Positions 23,183-35,982 of a stretch of DNA of 64,000 bases are shown in pieces; the stretch's first letter is position 1; every line of letters begins with the position of its first letter. The position numbers and the translations under genes are program-made. The stretch lies in NCBI RefSeq assembly GCF_000143415.4, contig NW_003314417.1, positions 1 to 64,000 of the forward strand. Reading direction: 5' to 3'. The notes beneath the pieces are model-generated. The model was not told the DNA's origin. It searched no databases and worked only from the letters and a program-made list of their open reading frames with translations. This stretch comes from Selaginella moellendorffii. Lineage: Eukaryota > Plantae > Lycopodiophyta.

Positions 23183-25868
23183 CAAGTATACCAAGAAGAA
23201 CAAGTACCCGTTGCCAAGGATTGAGGACCTGTTCGATAGGTTGGGAAAGGCAAAATACTTCTCGAGGATTGACCTAAGGTCAGGATACTACCAGATCAGG
23301 GTAGCCGAGGAAGATGTCGAGAAGACAACCTGTCGAACGAGGTATGGGAGCTTTGAGTTTTTGGTGATGCCCTTTGGGCTGTGCAATGCGCCGGCAACGT
23401 TTTCGGCGTTGATGAACCACGTCTTTGTACCCTATCTGGATCACTTTGTGGTCGTCTATATTGACGACATCCTGATCTATAGCGAGACGCTAGAGGAGCA
23501 TGCCGAACACTTGGCGAAGGTGTTTGAGAAACTAAGGGAACATAAACTGTATGCTAAAGAGAGCAAATGTGACTTTGCTCAGCAAGAGGTAAAGTTTCTC
23601 GGGCATGTGGTGGGCCAGGACGGGCTCAAGGTGGACCCGGAGAAGGTCCAAGCGATCCAGGAATGGGAGCGACCATCGAATGTACATGAGTTGAGGGCGT
23701 TCTTGGGGCTATGCAACTACTATCGAAAGTTTATCAGACACTATTCGAGAGTAGCCCTGCCCTTAACGGATCAAACGGGAAAAGGGAAGATGGTATGGAC
23801 AGCGCAATGCGAGGCGGCATTCGTCCACCTCAAAGGGAAGTTGAGGAAGGCTCCGATGTTGGCATTACCGGACTTTGGTAAGGACTTTGAGGTAGACACG
23901 GATGCTTCGGACTTTGTGTTAGGCGCAGTTTTGAAGCAAGACAACCATCCAGTAGCGTTCTTCTCGAAGAAGCTGGACAAGGCTCAACGGAAGTGGCCTG
24001 CCCACGAGAAGGAATTGTTTGCGGTGGTCAAGGCGCTCAAGGAGTGGCGACACTACCTTGGGAGACACTTCAAGGTTTACACGGACAATGTGGCAACGAA
24101 ACACTTCTTGTCACAACCCGACCTGAGAGGGAAACAAGGTCGGTGGGCCAATGCCTTGGCCGAGTTTGATTGCGAGATTCTGTACAAGCCTGGGAAGAGC
24201 AACATCGTGGCAGATGCGCTAAGTCGAAAAGCGAGCTTGAGGTTGGCGATCTCCAGCGCAACAGCAACCTTCTGGGACGATGTGCGGACAACATATGAGA
24301 ATGATGGTCTAGCACAAGAAGTGTTGTTGAGGAATCTGGAGGCACGGGAAGCTCACCAGAGAGGTGAGCCGCCAACGGAAGAGAAAACGGGCTATGCGGA
24401 ACGCAATGGACTCATTTATTACAAGCAAACGAGGGTGTATGTTCCAGAAGGTGGACTAAGGAAGGTAGCCTTAGAAGAGTGTCATGACGGACCTCTCGCG
24501 GGACACGGCGGAGTGCCCAAGACGATGGGCTTACTCAAGAGGAAATACCATTGGCCAGATATGGCTAAGGACGTCCAAGACTATGTAAAGACATGTCCAA
24601 CATGTCAGCAGGTCAAAGCCGTGACTAAGGCTAGTGGGGGCTTGTTGCAAAGCATCCCAATTCCAGATCGTCCGTGGAAATGTCTCACGATGGACTTCAT
24701 CACGGGACTACCCCCAAGCGAGGGGTTCGATGCGATATTCGTGGTGGTGGACCAATTTTCGAAGATGGCACATTTCATACCCACCACAACGGAGGTGGAT
24801 GCGGAAGGTGTGGCGAAACTGTTCTTCGAACAAGTGGTTCGAGTGCGGGGAAGGCCAGAGGAGATTATCTCAGATCGAGATAAGATCTTCACTAGTAGGT
24901 TCTGGAGGACCCTCCTGGAACAGTATCGCACCAAGTTGAAATTCAGCACAGCCTATCACCCACAGACAGGTATGGGGTATTAAGTCAAGTTTGGTGGTCC
25001 TAACACTTCTTGACAGACGGACAAACGGAAAGGGTGAATAGGCAGCTGGAGGATTATTTGCGATGCTATGTCTCGGGAGACCAGACCGATTGGGTAAGTC
25101 ATTTGGGACTTGCGGAAATGTGTTATAACAACTCACCACATTCGAGTATCGGGGTGAGTCCATGGGAAGTCATCAATGGGCGAGCTATTGAAGGTCCTAT
25201 GGAACTCGGCGTGGCCGAGTATCATGGAGAGTTACCCGCAGTGGAGGCATTCACGGCGGAAAGACTCAACATTTGGAATCTAGTGAGGGATTCCTTGGAA
25301 CGGGCTCAACAAAGGCAAACCAAGTACGCGAACCTAAAGCGCCGGGACGTAGAGTTCCAAGCTGGGGAGAAGGTGTGGCTGAACACCAAGAACCTTAGGC
25401 TACCAAGTGGGATCAGCCGAAAGTTGACCCAAAGGTAAAAATGCATGTATTCCTGTAAATGAATTGATCTTGAGTTCCTTAAGCAGGTTCGCGGGGCCTT
25501 ACGAGATTGAGGCACGAATCGGTAAAGTGGCTTACCGACTCCGACTTCCTCGAGAGATGGGGAAGATGCACCCAGTGTTCCATGTGAACTTACTCAAGCC
25601 GTACTTTGAGGATCCGCTTCGCAAAGACCAAGTAAGACCTTTACCTGAGGTTATCCAAGGGGAAGAGGAATACGAAGTCGAGGCCATCCTCAATGCGCGC
25701 AAGAGCAAGCGACAAGGACGCGAGGTGAGAGAGTTCCATGTGAAGTGGAAAGGATTTCCACACTGCAAAGCAACATGGGAACCGGAGGAGAACCTAGCGA
25801 ACGCGCGAGATCTAGTGGAGGAATTTCTGCAAGGCAGAACTCTATGTACTTATGCAAAGTTCAATTAA
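23183..25868 (+). pseudogene. B1 pol remainder (RT, RNase H, integrase, chromodomain), with introns 24970-25016 and 25435-25486
   Basis: YIDD, DTDAS, MDFIT, SDRD; splicing restores HPQTDGQTER and KLTQRFAGPY. Confidence 0.93.
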
Positions 25869-26260
25869 AAATATCAATTTGCAAAGTTGAGCAAGTGGCA
25901 TATGTTGGGACCCGAAGGCGCGCCAAAGGTGAGCTAATTAGCATGGGTTAGCTAGGTCGACCAGGCGTAGGGAGCTACGCCCGACTCCCTGCGGGGATGT
26001 CGAAACCGTAGACGTATTCTACGGAGGTTGGGTTCGAGTCCCAACCCCCTAGTAAAGCAAGGCTGGGTTCAAGTCCCGACCCCATACTAGGGCGTGGTGA
26101 GGGGAGGAGTATAGGGACACCTATATTCCGTTGTCATGAGCTCTTGGCCGGGGAGGCTAACTTAGGCACACCGCTAAGTGGGGGGATGCCCCCGGAGACA
26201 TGGTCAACAAGTCGTAGGATAAAAAAGAGACGTTCGATGTGGGCATCGAACTTCTTCTAT

Positions 26261-26272
26261 GGGTGGTGGAGT
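26261..26272 (+). promoter_or_regulatory. B1 polypurine tract
   Basis: GGGTGGTGGAGT directly before the 3' LTR. Confidence 0.75.
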
Positions 26273-27420
26273 TGTAAGGAACCAACTCGCCGAGGTGTCG
26301 TAGGCTAAGGGAACCCCGAAAGCATGACCAAAATGACAAAGAGTTCATCGGATGGGACCAAGTCAAAGATCGAGTCCAAGACCGACTCTAGGACCGAGTT
26401 CGAGATAGAGTCCGGAATCGAGTCCAAGACCGACTCGGGGACCGAGTTCGAGTCCGAGTTCGAGACCGAGTTCGAGACGGAGTCCGAGATCCGAAATCGG
26501 GTCCGAGACCGAGTCCGAAGTCGAGTCCGAGGTCGGGCCCGAGATCGGGTCCGAGATCGAGTCCGCGATCGAGTCCGAGACCGAATCCGAAGTCGGATCC
26601 GAAATCGGATCCGAGATCGAGCCAGAGACTAAGTCCAAATACTAATACGGGTCAAGGGGTGAAAGCCCAAAGCGTGCGTCCCCCAGGGGGGGGGGGCTGC
26701 AGGGGGTTCCAAAAGTATAGTAGGGATAGTGAGGTCCAGGAACCAGTTTTGAAGGGACTCTCCAGTTGGGCTTCCAAACCGACTTGAGGTTGGGACTGGG
26801 ACTAAGGGGCCTTGGGTGGGAGTGAGCATGGACTTGGCTGGTGCCGGAGGGGCCATCCAAGGAAGTGCTCAAGAGCAGCTCCCACTCCCGAAAGGGAAAC
26901 CGATTGCGGTGCTCCCGGCTCATGTGGAGTGGTGCCCCACTTGAGTACCATGCGGCTCATTGGTCCTCGCCCTTCCTAGGGGCTTGGGCCTTCCTTCGGG
27001 ATAGAAGTGGGGGGCGAGAGGTACCCATACCGGGCCGTTAGGCCACGGTGTTTCGCCCCGGTGTCCCGAAGCAAGTGTTGCACTCAAGACTTGGGATTTA
27101 GAGGGTCCCATGATCAAGTCTTGTGGTACCAAGGGATGTTAGGAACCTGGAAGCTTGGTGTGCTTGGCTGCTTGTGCTTGCGGGGAGTGTAGCCGAACCT
27201 TAAGTCCAGTCTAACCCGGGGAGGGGGATTGGGAGTGATTTGGGAATCCGTGGAAGGATGGCTAACACTCCGTTGCTCGTGCAGTGAGTAGCTGAAACCA
27301 AGTAGGAGCTGGTACCATAGGCGAGAACCTTGGCAAGGGAACTTAGCAAAAGCCAAGGCAGTGTTGGACGGATAGACGAGGTAAGCTGGCAAATTGGAAA
27401 GGAAAAATTTGTGGCTTACA
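26273..27420 (+). repeat. B1 3' LTR (1148 bp) with a CpG-rich hexamer array
   Basis: TGTAAGGAAC...GGCTTACA; matches the B2 LTRs. Confidence 0.97.
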
Positions 27421-27425
27421 CCCAG

Positions 27426-28415
27426 GAACAGCAAAACTTGCAACTTTAGATGATGAAGAATTGCAAGTAGTTAACTTGAACAAATTGAAGATTTACAAGC
27501 AACCACAAGTGCTCCACACTATGGTGGAAAGCCAGAAAATTCAAGGGAAAACGCTCAAAGAAATCAACGAAAACATATTCGAATGCATGCAAACACTTAG
27601 AGAAAATTTGCTTCAACAAGACTGGAACCTAACCCTAATCTTGGCGGCTGTGAGAGGAAAAGAGTTCCGGGATAAGGAAAAAGGGGCAAACAGTGATCAA
27701 GACTGTAGCGATTCTTGGTCTGGTGAAAGCGCCGCTTCAATGAGGACTAGAGTTGGGTCAAGGGCTTCATGCCATCCACGGGAAGAGGAAGAACCGATAG
27801 AACTCTCCGACGAGGAGAACAAGGTATGCATGGTTTTCCAAGTGGGCAATCCGGTTTGGTCTCGCGATGAGACTCTTGATGCATGGCTGCGAAAGCATCA
27901 ACTCTATGGCTTTTCGGTCCTGATGACAGCTACGACAAGCACCGACCAGCAGGGAATCGAGAGGAAGATTATCGATTTTGCGCGCGGAAAAATCACGATT
28001 GAAGAAGAAGACTTCGCCAAAGCTCTTCAGCTACCAAACAGGGGAAAACGAGTGACAGCTCCACGAGACAGAGCCATTGATCCGGAGATCATGAAGCGTG
28101 CAGCAAATTACAAGACAGCAGCGTCTTTACAACTCTCCAACGTGAAGGAAAAATTCCGAGGGATTTTTAAGTTCCTTCTCGCAACATTGGAATTCCGACG
28201 CACGGCGACATCAGTGAGCAAGAATGTTGCCTTCATCTACGAGGACCTAAACAAGGGTGTTCAGGTCGATTTGGGAGCATACGTTTACACCAAGTTCCAT
28301 AGGGAACTCTCACAGGTTTACAATGCGCTGGAGAAAAAGAAGAAAATTACAACAACGTTGTTCCCGTATATTGAGGCTTTGTCAGTCAACAATGACAGAG
28401 CATTGGTGATCGTTC
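27426..28415 (+). pseudogene. Element A pol part 2: integrase C-terminus + in-frame plant-transposon-protein-like domain
   Basis: Removing B1 and one TSD gives GPFKIMSIQIPGTAKLATLDDEELQVVNLNKLKIY in frame. Confidence 0.9.
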
Positions 28416-29563
28416 TGTAAGCCACAAATTTTTCCTTTCCAATTTGCCAGCTTACCTCGTCTATCCGTCCAACACTGCCTTGGCTTTTGCTAAGTTCCCT
28501 TGCCAAGGTTCTCGCCTATGGTACCAGCTCCTACTTGGTTTCAGCTACTCACTGCACGAGCAACGGAGTGTTAGCCATCCTTCCACGGATTCCCAAATCA
28601 CTCCCAATCCCCCTCCCCGGGTTAGACTGGACTTAAGGTTCGGCTACACTCCCCGCAAGCACAAGCAGCCAAGCACACCAAGCTTCCACGTTCCTAACAT
28701 CCCTTGGTACCACAAGACTTGATCATGGGACCCTCTAAATCCCAAGTCTTGAGTGCAACACTTGCTTCGGGACGCCGGGGCGAAACACCGTGGCCTAACG
28801 GCCCGGTATGGGTACCTCTCGCCCCCCACTTCCATCTTGAAGGAAGGCCCAAGCCCCTAGGAAGGGCGAGGACCAATGAGCCGCATGGTACTCAAGTGGG
28901 GCACCACTCCACATGAGCCGGGAGCACCGCAATCGGTTTCCCTTTCGGGAGTGGGAGCTGCTCTTGAGCACTTCCTTGGATGGCCCCTCCGGCACCAGCC
29001 AAGTCCATGCTCACTCCCACCCAAGGCCCCTTAGTCCCAGTCCCAACCTCAAGTCGGTTTGGAAGCCCAACTGGAGAGTCCCTTCAAAACTGGTTCCTGG
29101 ACCTCACTATCCCTACTATACTTTTGGAACCCCCTGCAGCCCCCCCCCCTTGGGGGACGCACGCTTTGGGCTTTCACCCCTTGACCCGTATTAGTATTTG
29201 GACTTAGTCTCTGGCTCGATCTCGGATCCGATTTCGGATCCGACTTCGGATTCGGTCTCGGACTCGATCGCGGACTCGATCTCGGACCCAATCTCGGGCC
29301 CGACCTCGGACTCGACTTCGGACTCGGTCTCGGACCCGATTTCGGATCTCGGACTCCGTCTCGAACTCGGTCTCGAACTCGGACTCGAACTCGGTCCCCG
29401 AGTCGGTCTTGGACTCGATTCCGGACTCTATCTCGAACTCGGTCCTAGAGTCGGTCTTGGACTCGATCTTTGACTTGGTCCCATCCGATGAACTCTTTGT
29501 CATTTTGGTCATGCTTTCGGGGTTCCCTTAGCCTACGACACCTCGGCGAGTTGGTTCCTTACA
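28416..29563 (-). repeat. B2 3' LTR (1148 bp)
   Basis: Direct repeat of 34800-35977; PPT adjacent at 29564-29575. Confidence 0.97.
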
Positions 29564-29967
29564 ACTCCACCACCCATAGAAGAAGTTCGATGCCCACATC
29601 GAACGTCTCTTTTTTATCCTACGACTTGTTGACCATGTCTCCGGGGGCATCCCCCCACTTAGCGGTGTGCCTAAGTTAGCCTCCCCGGCCAAGAGCTCAT
29701 GACAACGGAATATAGGTGTCCCTATACTCCTCCCCTCACCACGCCCTAGTATGGGGTCGGGACTTGAACCCAGCCTTGCTTTACTAGGGGGTTGGGACTC
29801 GAACCCAACCTCCGTAGAATACGTCTACGGTTTCGACATCCCCGCAGGGAGTCGGGCGTAGCTCCCTACGCCTGGTCGACCTAGCTAACCCATGCTAATT
29901 AGCTCACCTTTGGCGCGCCTTCGGGTCCCAACATATGCCACTTGCTCAACTTTGCAAATTGATATTT

Positions 29968-32900
29968 TTAATTGAACTTTGCATAAGTACATAGAGTTCT
30001 GCCTTGCAGAAATTCCTTCACTAGATCTCGCGCGTTCGCTAGGTTCTCCTCCGGTTCCCATGTTGCTTTGCAGTGTGGAAATCCTTTCCACTTCACATGG
30101 AACTCTCTCACCTCGCGTCCTTGTCGCTTGCTCTTGCGCGCATTGAGGATGGCCTCGACTTCGTATTCCTCTTCCCCTTGGATAACCTCAGGTAAAGGTC
30201 TTACTTGGTCTTTGCGAAGCGGATCCTCAAAGTACGGCTTGAGTAAGTTCACATGGAACACTGGGTGCATCTTCCCCATCTCTCGAGGAAGTCGGAGTCG
30301 GTAAGCCACTTTACCGATTCGTGCCTCAATCTCGTAAGGCCCCGCGAACCTGCTTAAGGAACTCAAGATCAATTCATTTACAGGAATACATGCATTTTTA
30401 CCTTTGGGTCAACTTTCGGCTGATCCCACTTGGTAGCCTAAGGTTCTTGGTGTTCAGCCACACCTTCTCCCCAGCTTGGAACTCTACGTCCCGGCGCTTT
30501 AGGTTCGCGTACTTGGTTTGCCTTTGTTGAGCCCGTTCCAAGGAATCCCTCACTAGATTCCAAATGTTGAGTCTTTCCGCCGTGAATGCCTCCACTGCGG
30601 GTAACTCTCCATGATACTCGGCCACGCCGAGTTCCACAGGACCTTCAATAGCTCGCCCATTGATGACTTCCCATGGACTCACCCCGATACTCGAATGTGG
30701 TGAGTTGTTATAACACATTTCCGCAAGTCCCAAATGACTTACCCAATCGGTCTGGTCTCCCGAGACATAGCATCGCAAATAATCCTCCAGCTGCCTATTC
30801 ACCCTTTCCGTTTGTCCGTCTGTCAAGAAGTGTTAGGACCACCAAACTTGACTTAATACCCCATACCTGTCTGTGGGTGATAGGCTGTGCTGAATTTCAA
30901 CTTGGTGCGATACTGTTCCAGGAGGGTCCTCCAGAACCTACTAGTGAAGATCTTATCTCGATCTGAGATAATCTCCTCTGGCCTTCCCCGCACTCGAACC
31001 ACTTGTTCGAAGAACAGTTTCGCCACACCTTCCGCATCCACCTCCGTTGTGGTGGGTATGAAATGTGCCATCTTCGAAAATCGGTCCACCACCACGAATA
31101 TCGCATCGAACCCCTCGCTTGGGGGTAGTCCCGTGATGAAGTCCATCGTGAGACATTTCCACGGACGATCTGGAATTGGGATGCTTTGCAACAAGCCCCC
31201 ACTAGCCTTAGTCACGGCTTTGACCTGCTGACATGTTGGACATGTCTTTACATAGTCTTGGACGTCCTTAGCCATATCTGGCCAATGGTACTTCCTCTTG
31301 AGTAAGCCCATCGTCTTGGGCACTCCGCCGTGTCCCGCAAGAGGTCCGTCATGACACTCTTCTAAGGCTACCTTCCTTAATCCACCTTCTGGAACATACA
31401 CCCTCGTTTGCTTGTAATAAATGAGTCCATTGCGTTCCGCATAGCCCGTTTTCTCTTCCGTTGGCGGCTCACCTCTCTGGTGAGCTTCCCGTGCCTCCAG
31501 ATTCCTCAACAACACTTCTTGTGCTAGACCATCGTTCTCATATGCTGTCCGCACATCGTCCCAGAAGGTTGCTGTTGCGCTGGAGATCGCCAACCTCAAG
31601 CTCGCTTTTCGACTTAGCGCATCTGCCACGATGTTGCTCTTCCCAGGCTTGTACAGAATCTCGCAATCAAACTCGGCCAAGGCATTGGCCCACCGACCTT
31701 GTTTCCCTCTCAGGTCGGGTTGTGACAAGAAGTGTTTCGTTGCCACATTGTCCGTGTAAACCTTGAAGTGTCTCCCAAGGTAGTGTCGCCACTCCTTGAG
31801 CGCCTTGACCACCGCAAACAATTCCTTCTCGTGGGCAGGCCACTTCCGTTGAGCCTTGTCCAGCTTCTTCGAGAAGAACGCTACTGGATGGTTGTCTTGC
31901 TTCAAAACTGCGCCTAACGCAAAGTCCGAAGCATCCGTGTCTACCTCAAAGTCCTTACCAAAGTCCGGTAATGCCAACACCGGAGCCTTCCTCAACTTCC
32001 CTTTGAGGTGGATGAATGCCGCCTCGCATTCCGCTGTCCATACCATCTTCCCTTTTCCCATTTGATCCGTTAAGGGCAGGGCTACTCTCGAATAGTGTCT
32101 GATAAACTTTCGATAGTAGTTGCATAGCCCCAAGAACGCCCTCAACTCATGTACATTCGATGGTCGCTCCCATTCCTGGATCGCTTGGACCTTCTCCGGG
32201 TCCACCTTGAGCCCGTCCTGGCCCACCACATGCCCGAGAAACTTTACCTCTTGCTGAGCAAAGTCACATTTGCTCTCTTTAGCATACAGTTTATGTTCCC
32301 TTAGTTTCTCAAACACCTTCGCCAAGTGTTCGGCATGCTCCTCTAGCGTCTCGCTATAGATCAGGATGTCGTCAATATAGACGACCACAAAGTGATCCAG
32401 ATAGGGTACAAAGACGTGGTTCATCAACGCCGAAAACGTTGCCGGCGCATTGCACAGCCCAAAGGGCATCACCAAAAACTCAAAGCTCCCATACCTCGTT
32501 CGACAGGTTGTCTTCTCGACATCTTCCTCGGCTACCCTGATCTGGTAGTATCCTGACCTTAGGTCAATCCTCGAGAAGTATTTTGCCTTTCCCAACCTAT
32601 CGAACAGGTCCTCAATCCTTGGCAACGGGTACTTGTTCTTCTTGGTATACTTGTTGAGCAACCGGTAATCTATGCACATGCGCATAGATCCATCTTTCTT
32701 TTTCACAAATAATACCGGCGCCCCATATGGCGACTTGCTCAACCTAACATACTCTTTGCCCACCAACTCCTCTAGTTGGCACTTGAGCTCCTTGAGTTCT
32801 TTTTCGTTCAAACGATAGGGGGGACGAACCACCGCCTCAGCGCCCTCGACAAGCTCAATCTTATGTTCTATCGGTCGTGCGGGGGGCAACCCCGCCGGTA

Positions 32901-34740
32901 GCTCCTCCGGCATGGTATCCTGGAATTGGTCCAACACTCGCTGGATCACTAAAGGCACTTCTTTCGTTCTTGTCTTTTTGTCACTCTTCACCGAGAGTAA
33001 GCACAAAAAGGCTGCCTTAGTTCCTTTAGTGAGTTGTCCTCTCGTGGACACCAGGTTCAAGCATGACTCTTTGGCCTTGCTTTGCCCTACCTTTAGATCC
33101 TGGGCCTCCACCCTAGATCTTCTTCCTTGGGCATTCGCCAATACCACAAGGTTCCTACCTTGTCCATGCAGCGCTACCACGAACCGATTAAACCAATCCA
33201 TTCCGAAGATCACGTCAAATCCCGCCATATCCAAGACGGTGAAATCCATGTCCACTTTCCATGTCCCCACTTCGACTCTCGCTTGTCGAAGTACCTCATC
33301 GGTGCTTTGGCTACCCTGAACAAACTCTATAGTCCTTGGTTCGCCTAGCCGCTGCACCGTTAGTCCGGCTTGCCGGACTATGTCTGCAGCCACAAAATTA
33401 TCCGAAGCACCCGTGTCAATAAGGATCTTAACAAAGCTACCTCCGAGCTTCCCTCGGAGGGCTAGTAGATGTCGCGAACGACTCTCTACCAAAGTTGCTC
33501 GTGTAATGAGTAACTTTGAGTTAGGGACTGGATCACATACCTCAGTTTGGACTTCACCCGACTTGATGGCCATATTGGCTCTGGCCTTCTTCGGGTAGGG
33601 ACATTCCCTCGAGAAGTGTCCCGCTTCGCCGCAGTTGTAGCATACGTTGTTTCCCACGCTGCTATACGACTTGACCTTCTTATCCGTGGGTTTGTCCTTT
33701 TTCGCTTGACTCCCCCACGTACTCGCTCGCTGGCCACCGGATTTGCCTTTCCGGAACCCCGAGGACTCATTCTTAGAGAAACTCCTTTTGAATTTCCCCT
33801 TGCTATACGTTCCCTTTGGTTTAGCCCCTTTGCTAAATGTGGATCCCGACCCCGTTGTGTTCCCCTTTCGCAGGTTATCGTTGAAATGCACCTTGATGGC
33901 CGCATCCAACGCTTCCTTGTAGTTGGTCGGGTTCCACCTCATCACCTCGCCGCGAGCCCAGGTTTGCAAACCTGATATGAAGGCATGGAACGCATCCATA
34001 TCCCCCATGTCCGTGACAAGTATCCTCTTTGCCATGAACCCATTCACATATTCCTGGATGGTTCCTGTCTGTTTCAGCCTACTCAGTTCATCCCTCAGAT
34101 GCAGAGTGGCATTCGGAGGAACATATGTTGCGCGGATCCTCGCCTTCATCATGTCCCAAGTGACCACCGGTCCTTCGTTGGCCTCCATTGTTCTCCACCA
34201 AGACTTGGCATTATCTGCCAAGTATGGTTTTACACATGGGACCTTCTCCGAGCTTGGTAACCGCAACGCTCGGAAGTAGTCCTCCATATCGTAAAACCAA
34301 TCCTCCACCACCTTATAGTCATTCACTCCCTTGAAGACCGGTGGGGGCTTTGGTTTGTACTTGGGAACTGCCTGAGGGACTGATTCCACTTCGGTCTGTT
34401 CGACCTTGTCTGGTTTTGCCTCAGTCCCGGCCGAAAGATCCGCACCTTCTGCGCTGCCAGCATCCGCAGTCTTTTTCTTTTTCTTCCGCCTCTCGTCACG
34501 CTTTAGCTTGCGTACGAGAGTTTCCAGCAGGGCATTGGTCTGTGCCAACTGTCCTTCTAGCACGTCCAATCGAGCCTTGGACGACCGAACCTCGCCACCG
34601 GACTCCTGTTTGGAGGTTTCCTCACTGGAGTCCTCCTCATGCAAAGATTCCTCATCCATAGTCTCTTGTTCGACCGGAGGCTCCAGCTCTGGCGGAGGTT
34701 CCGTCTCCGCCTGGGTTCGCTTACGCCCTGCCCTTGCCAT
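29968..34740 (-). CDS. B2 Gag-PR-RT-RH-INT-chromodomain polyprotein, 1557 aa after removing introns 30820-30866 and 30350-30401
   Basis: Exons 30867-34740, 30402-30819 and 29968-30349 total 4674 nt in one frame; chromodomain YEVEAIL...VKWKGF...TWEPEENL. Confidence 0.93.
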
Positions 34741-34784
34741 CTCCCAGCAATCCGCCTCTATCCTTCGCTAGAACTGAGGAAAAG

Positions 34785-34796
34785 GCTCCGATACCA
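34785..34796 (-). promoter_or_regulatory. B2 PBS, tRNA-iMet type
   Basis: TGGTATCGGAGC, one mismatch to TGGTATCAGAGC. Confidence 0.9.
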
Positions 34797-34799
34797 AAT

Positions 34800-35977
34800 T
34801 GTAAGCCACAAATTTTTCCTTTCCAATTTGCCAGCTTACCTCGTCTATCGGTCCAACACTGCCTTGGCTTTTGCTAAGTTCCCTTGCCAAGGTTCTCGCC
34901 TATGGTACCAGCTCCTACTTGGTTTCAGCTACTCACTGCACGAGCAACGGAGTGTTAGCCATCCTTCCACGGATTCCCAAATCACTCCCAATCCCCCTCC
35001 CCGGGTTAGACTGGACTTAAGGTTCGGCTACACTCCCCGCAAGCACAAGCAGCCAAGCACACCAAGCTTCCACGTTCCTAACATCCCTTGGTACCACAAG
35101 ACTTGATCATGGGACCCTCTAAATCCCAAGTCTTGAGTGCAACACTTGCTTCGGGACGCCGGGGCGAAACACCGTGGCCTAACGGCCCGGTATGGGTACC
35201 TCTCGCCCCCCACTTCCATCCCGAAGGAAGGCCCAAGCCCCTAGGAAGGGCGAGGACCAATGAGCCGCATGGTACTCAAGTGGGGCACCACTCCACATGA
35301 GCCGGGAGCACCGCAATCGGTTTCCCTTTCGGGAGTGGGAGCTGCTCTTGAGCACTTCCTTGGATGGCCCCTCCGGCACCAGCCAAGTCCATGCTCACTC
35401 CCACCCAAGGCCCCTTAGTCCCAGTCCCAACCTCAAGTCGATTTGGAAGCCCAACTGGAGAGTCCCTTCAAAACTGGTTCCTGGACCTCACTATCCCTAC
35501 TATACTTTTGGAACCCCCTGCAGCCCCCCCCCCTGGGGGACGCACGCTTTGGGCTTTCACCCCTTGACCCGTATTAGTATTTGGACTTAGTCTCTGGCTC
35601 GATCTCGGATCCGATTTCGGATCCGACTTCGGATTCGGTCTCGGACTCGATCGCGGACTCGATCTCGGACCCGATCTCGGGCCCGACCTCGGGCCCGACC
35701 TCGGACTCGACTTCGGACTCGGTCTCGGACCCGATTTCGGATCTCGGACCCGATTTCGGATCTCGGACTCCGTCTCGAACTCGGTCTCGAACTCGGACTC
35801 GAACTCGGTCCCCGAGTCGGTCTTGGACTCGATTCCGGACTCTATCTCGAACTCGGTCCTAGAGTCGGTCTTGGACTCGATCTTTGACTTGGTCCCATCC
35901 GATGAACTCTTTGTCATTTTGGTCATGCTTTCGGGGTTCCCTTAGCCTACGACACCTCGGCGAGTTGGTTCCTTACA
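34800..35977 (-). repeat. B2 5' LTR (1178 bp)
   Basis: As the 3' LTR plus 12-bp and 19-bp tandem duplications and a 1-bp deletion. Confidence 0.97.
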
Positions 35978-35982
35978 CGTTC

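Larger units (their letters stand above)
8076..27420 (+). mobile_element. Element B1: chromovirus (Ty3/Gypsy with chromodomain), defective, carrying D1
   Basis: TG...CA ends, TSD CCCAG at 8071-8075 and 27421-27425, near-identical to B2. Confidence 0.97.
28416..35977 (-). mobile_element. Element B2: full-length, apparently intact chromovirus
   Basis: TSD CGTTC (28411-28415, 35978-35982), two near-identical LTRs, PBS and PPT. Confidence 0.98.

Noticed and set aside
25834-25890. Third pol intron after the chromodomain
   Set aside because: AT-rich but has no convincing splice sites and is not needed to restore a motif
25990-26085. tRNA gene
   Set aside because: T-arm-like hairpins only; no canonical D arm or 7-nt anticodon loop
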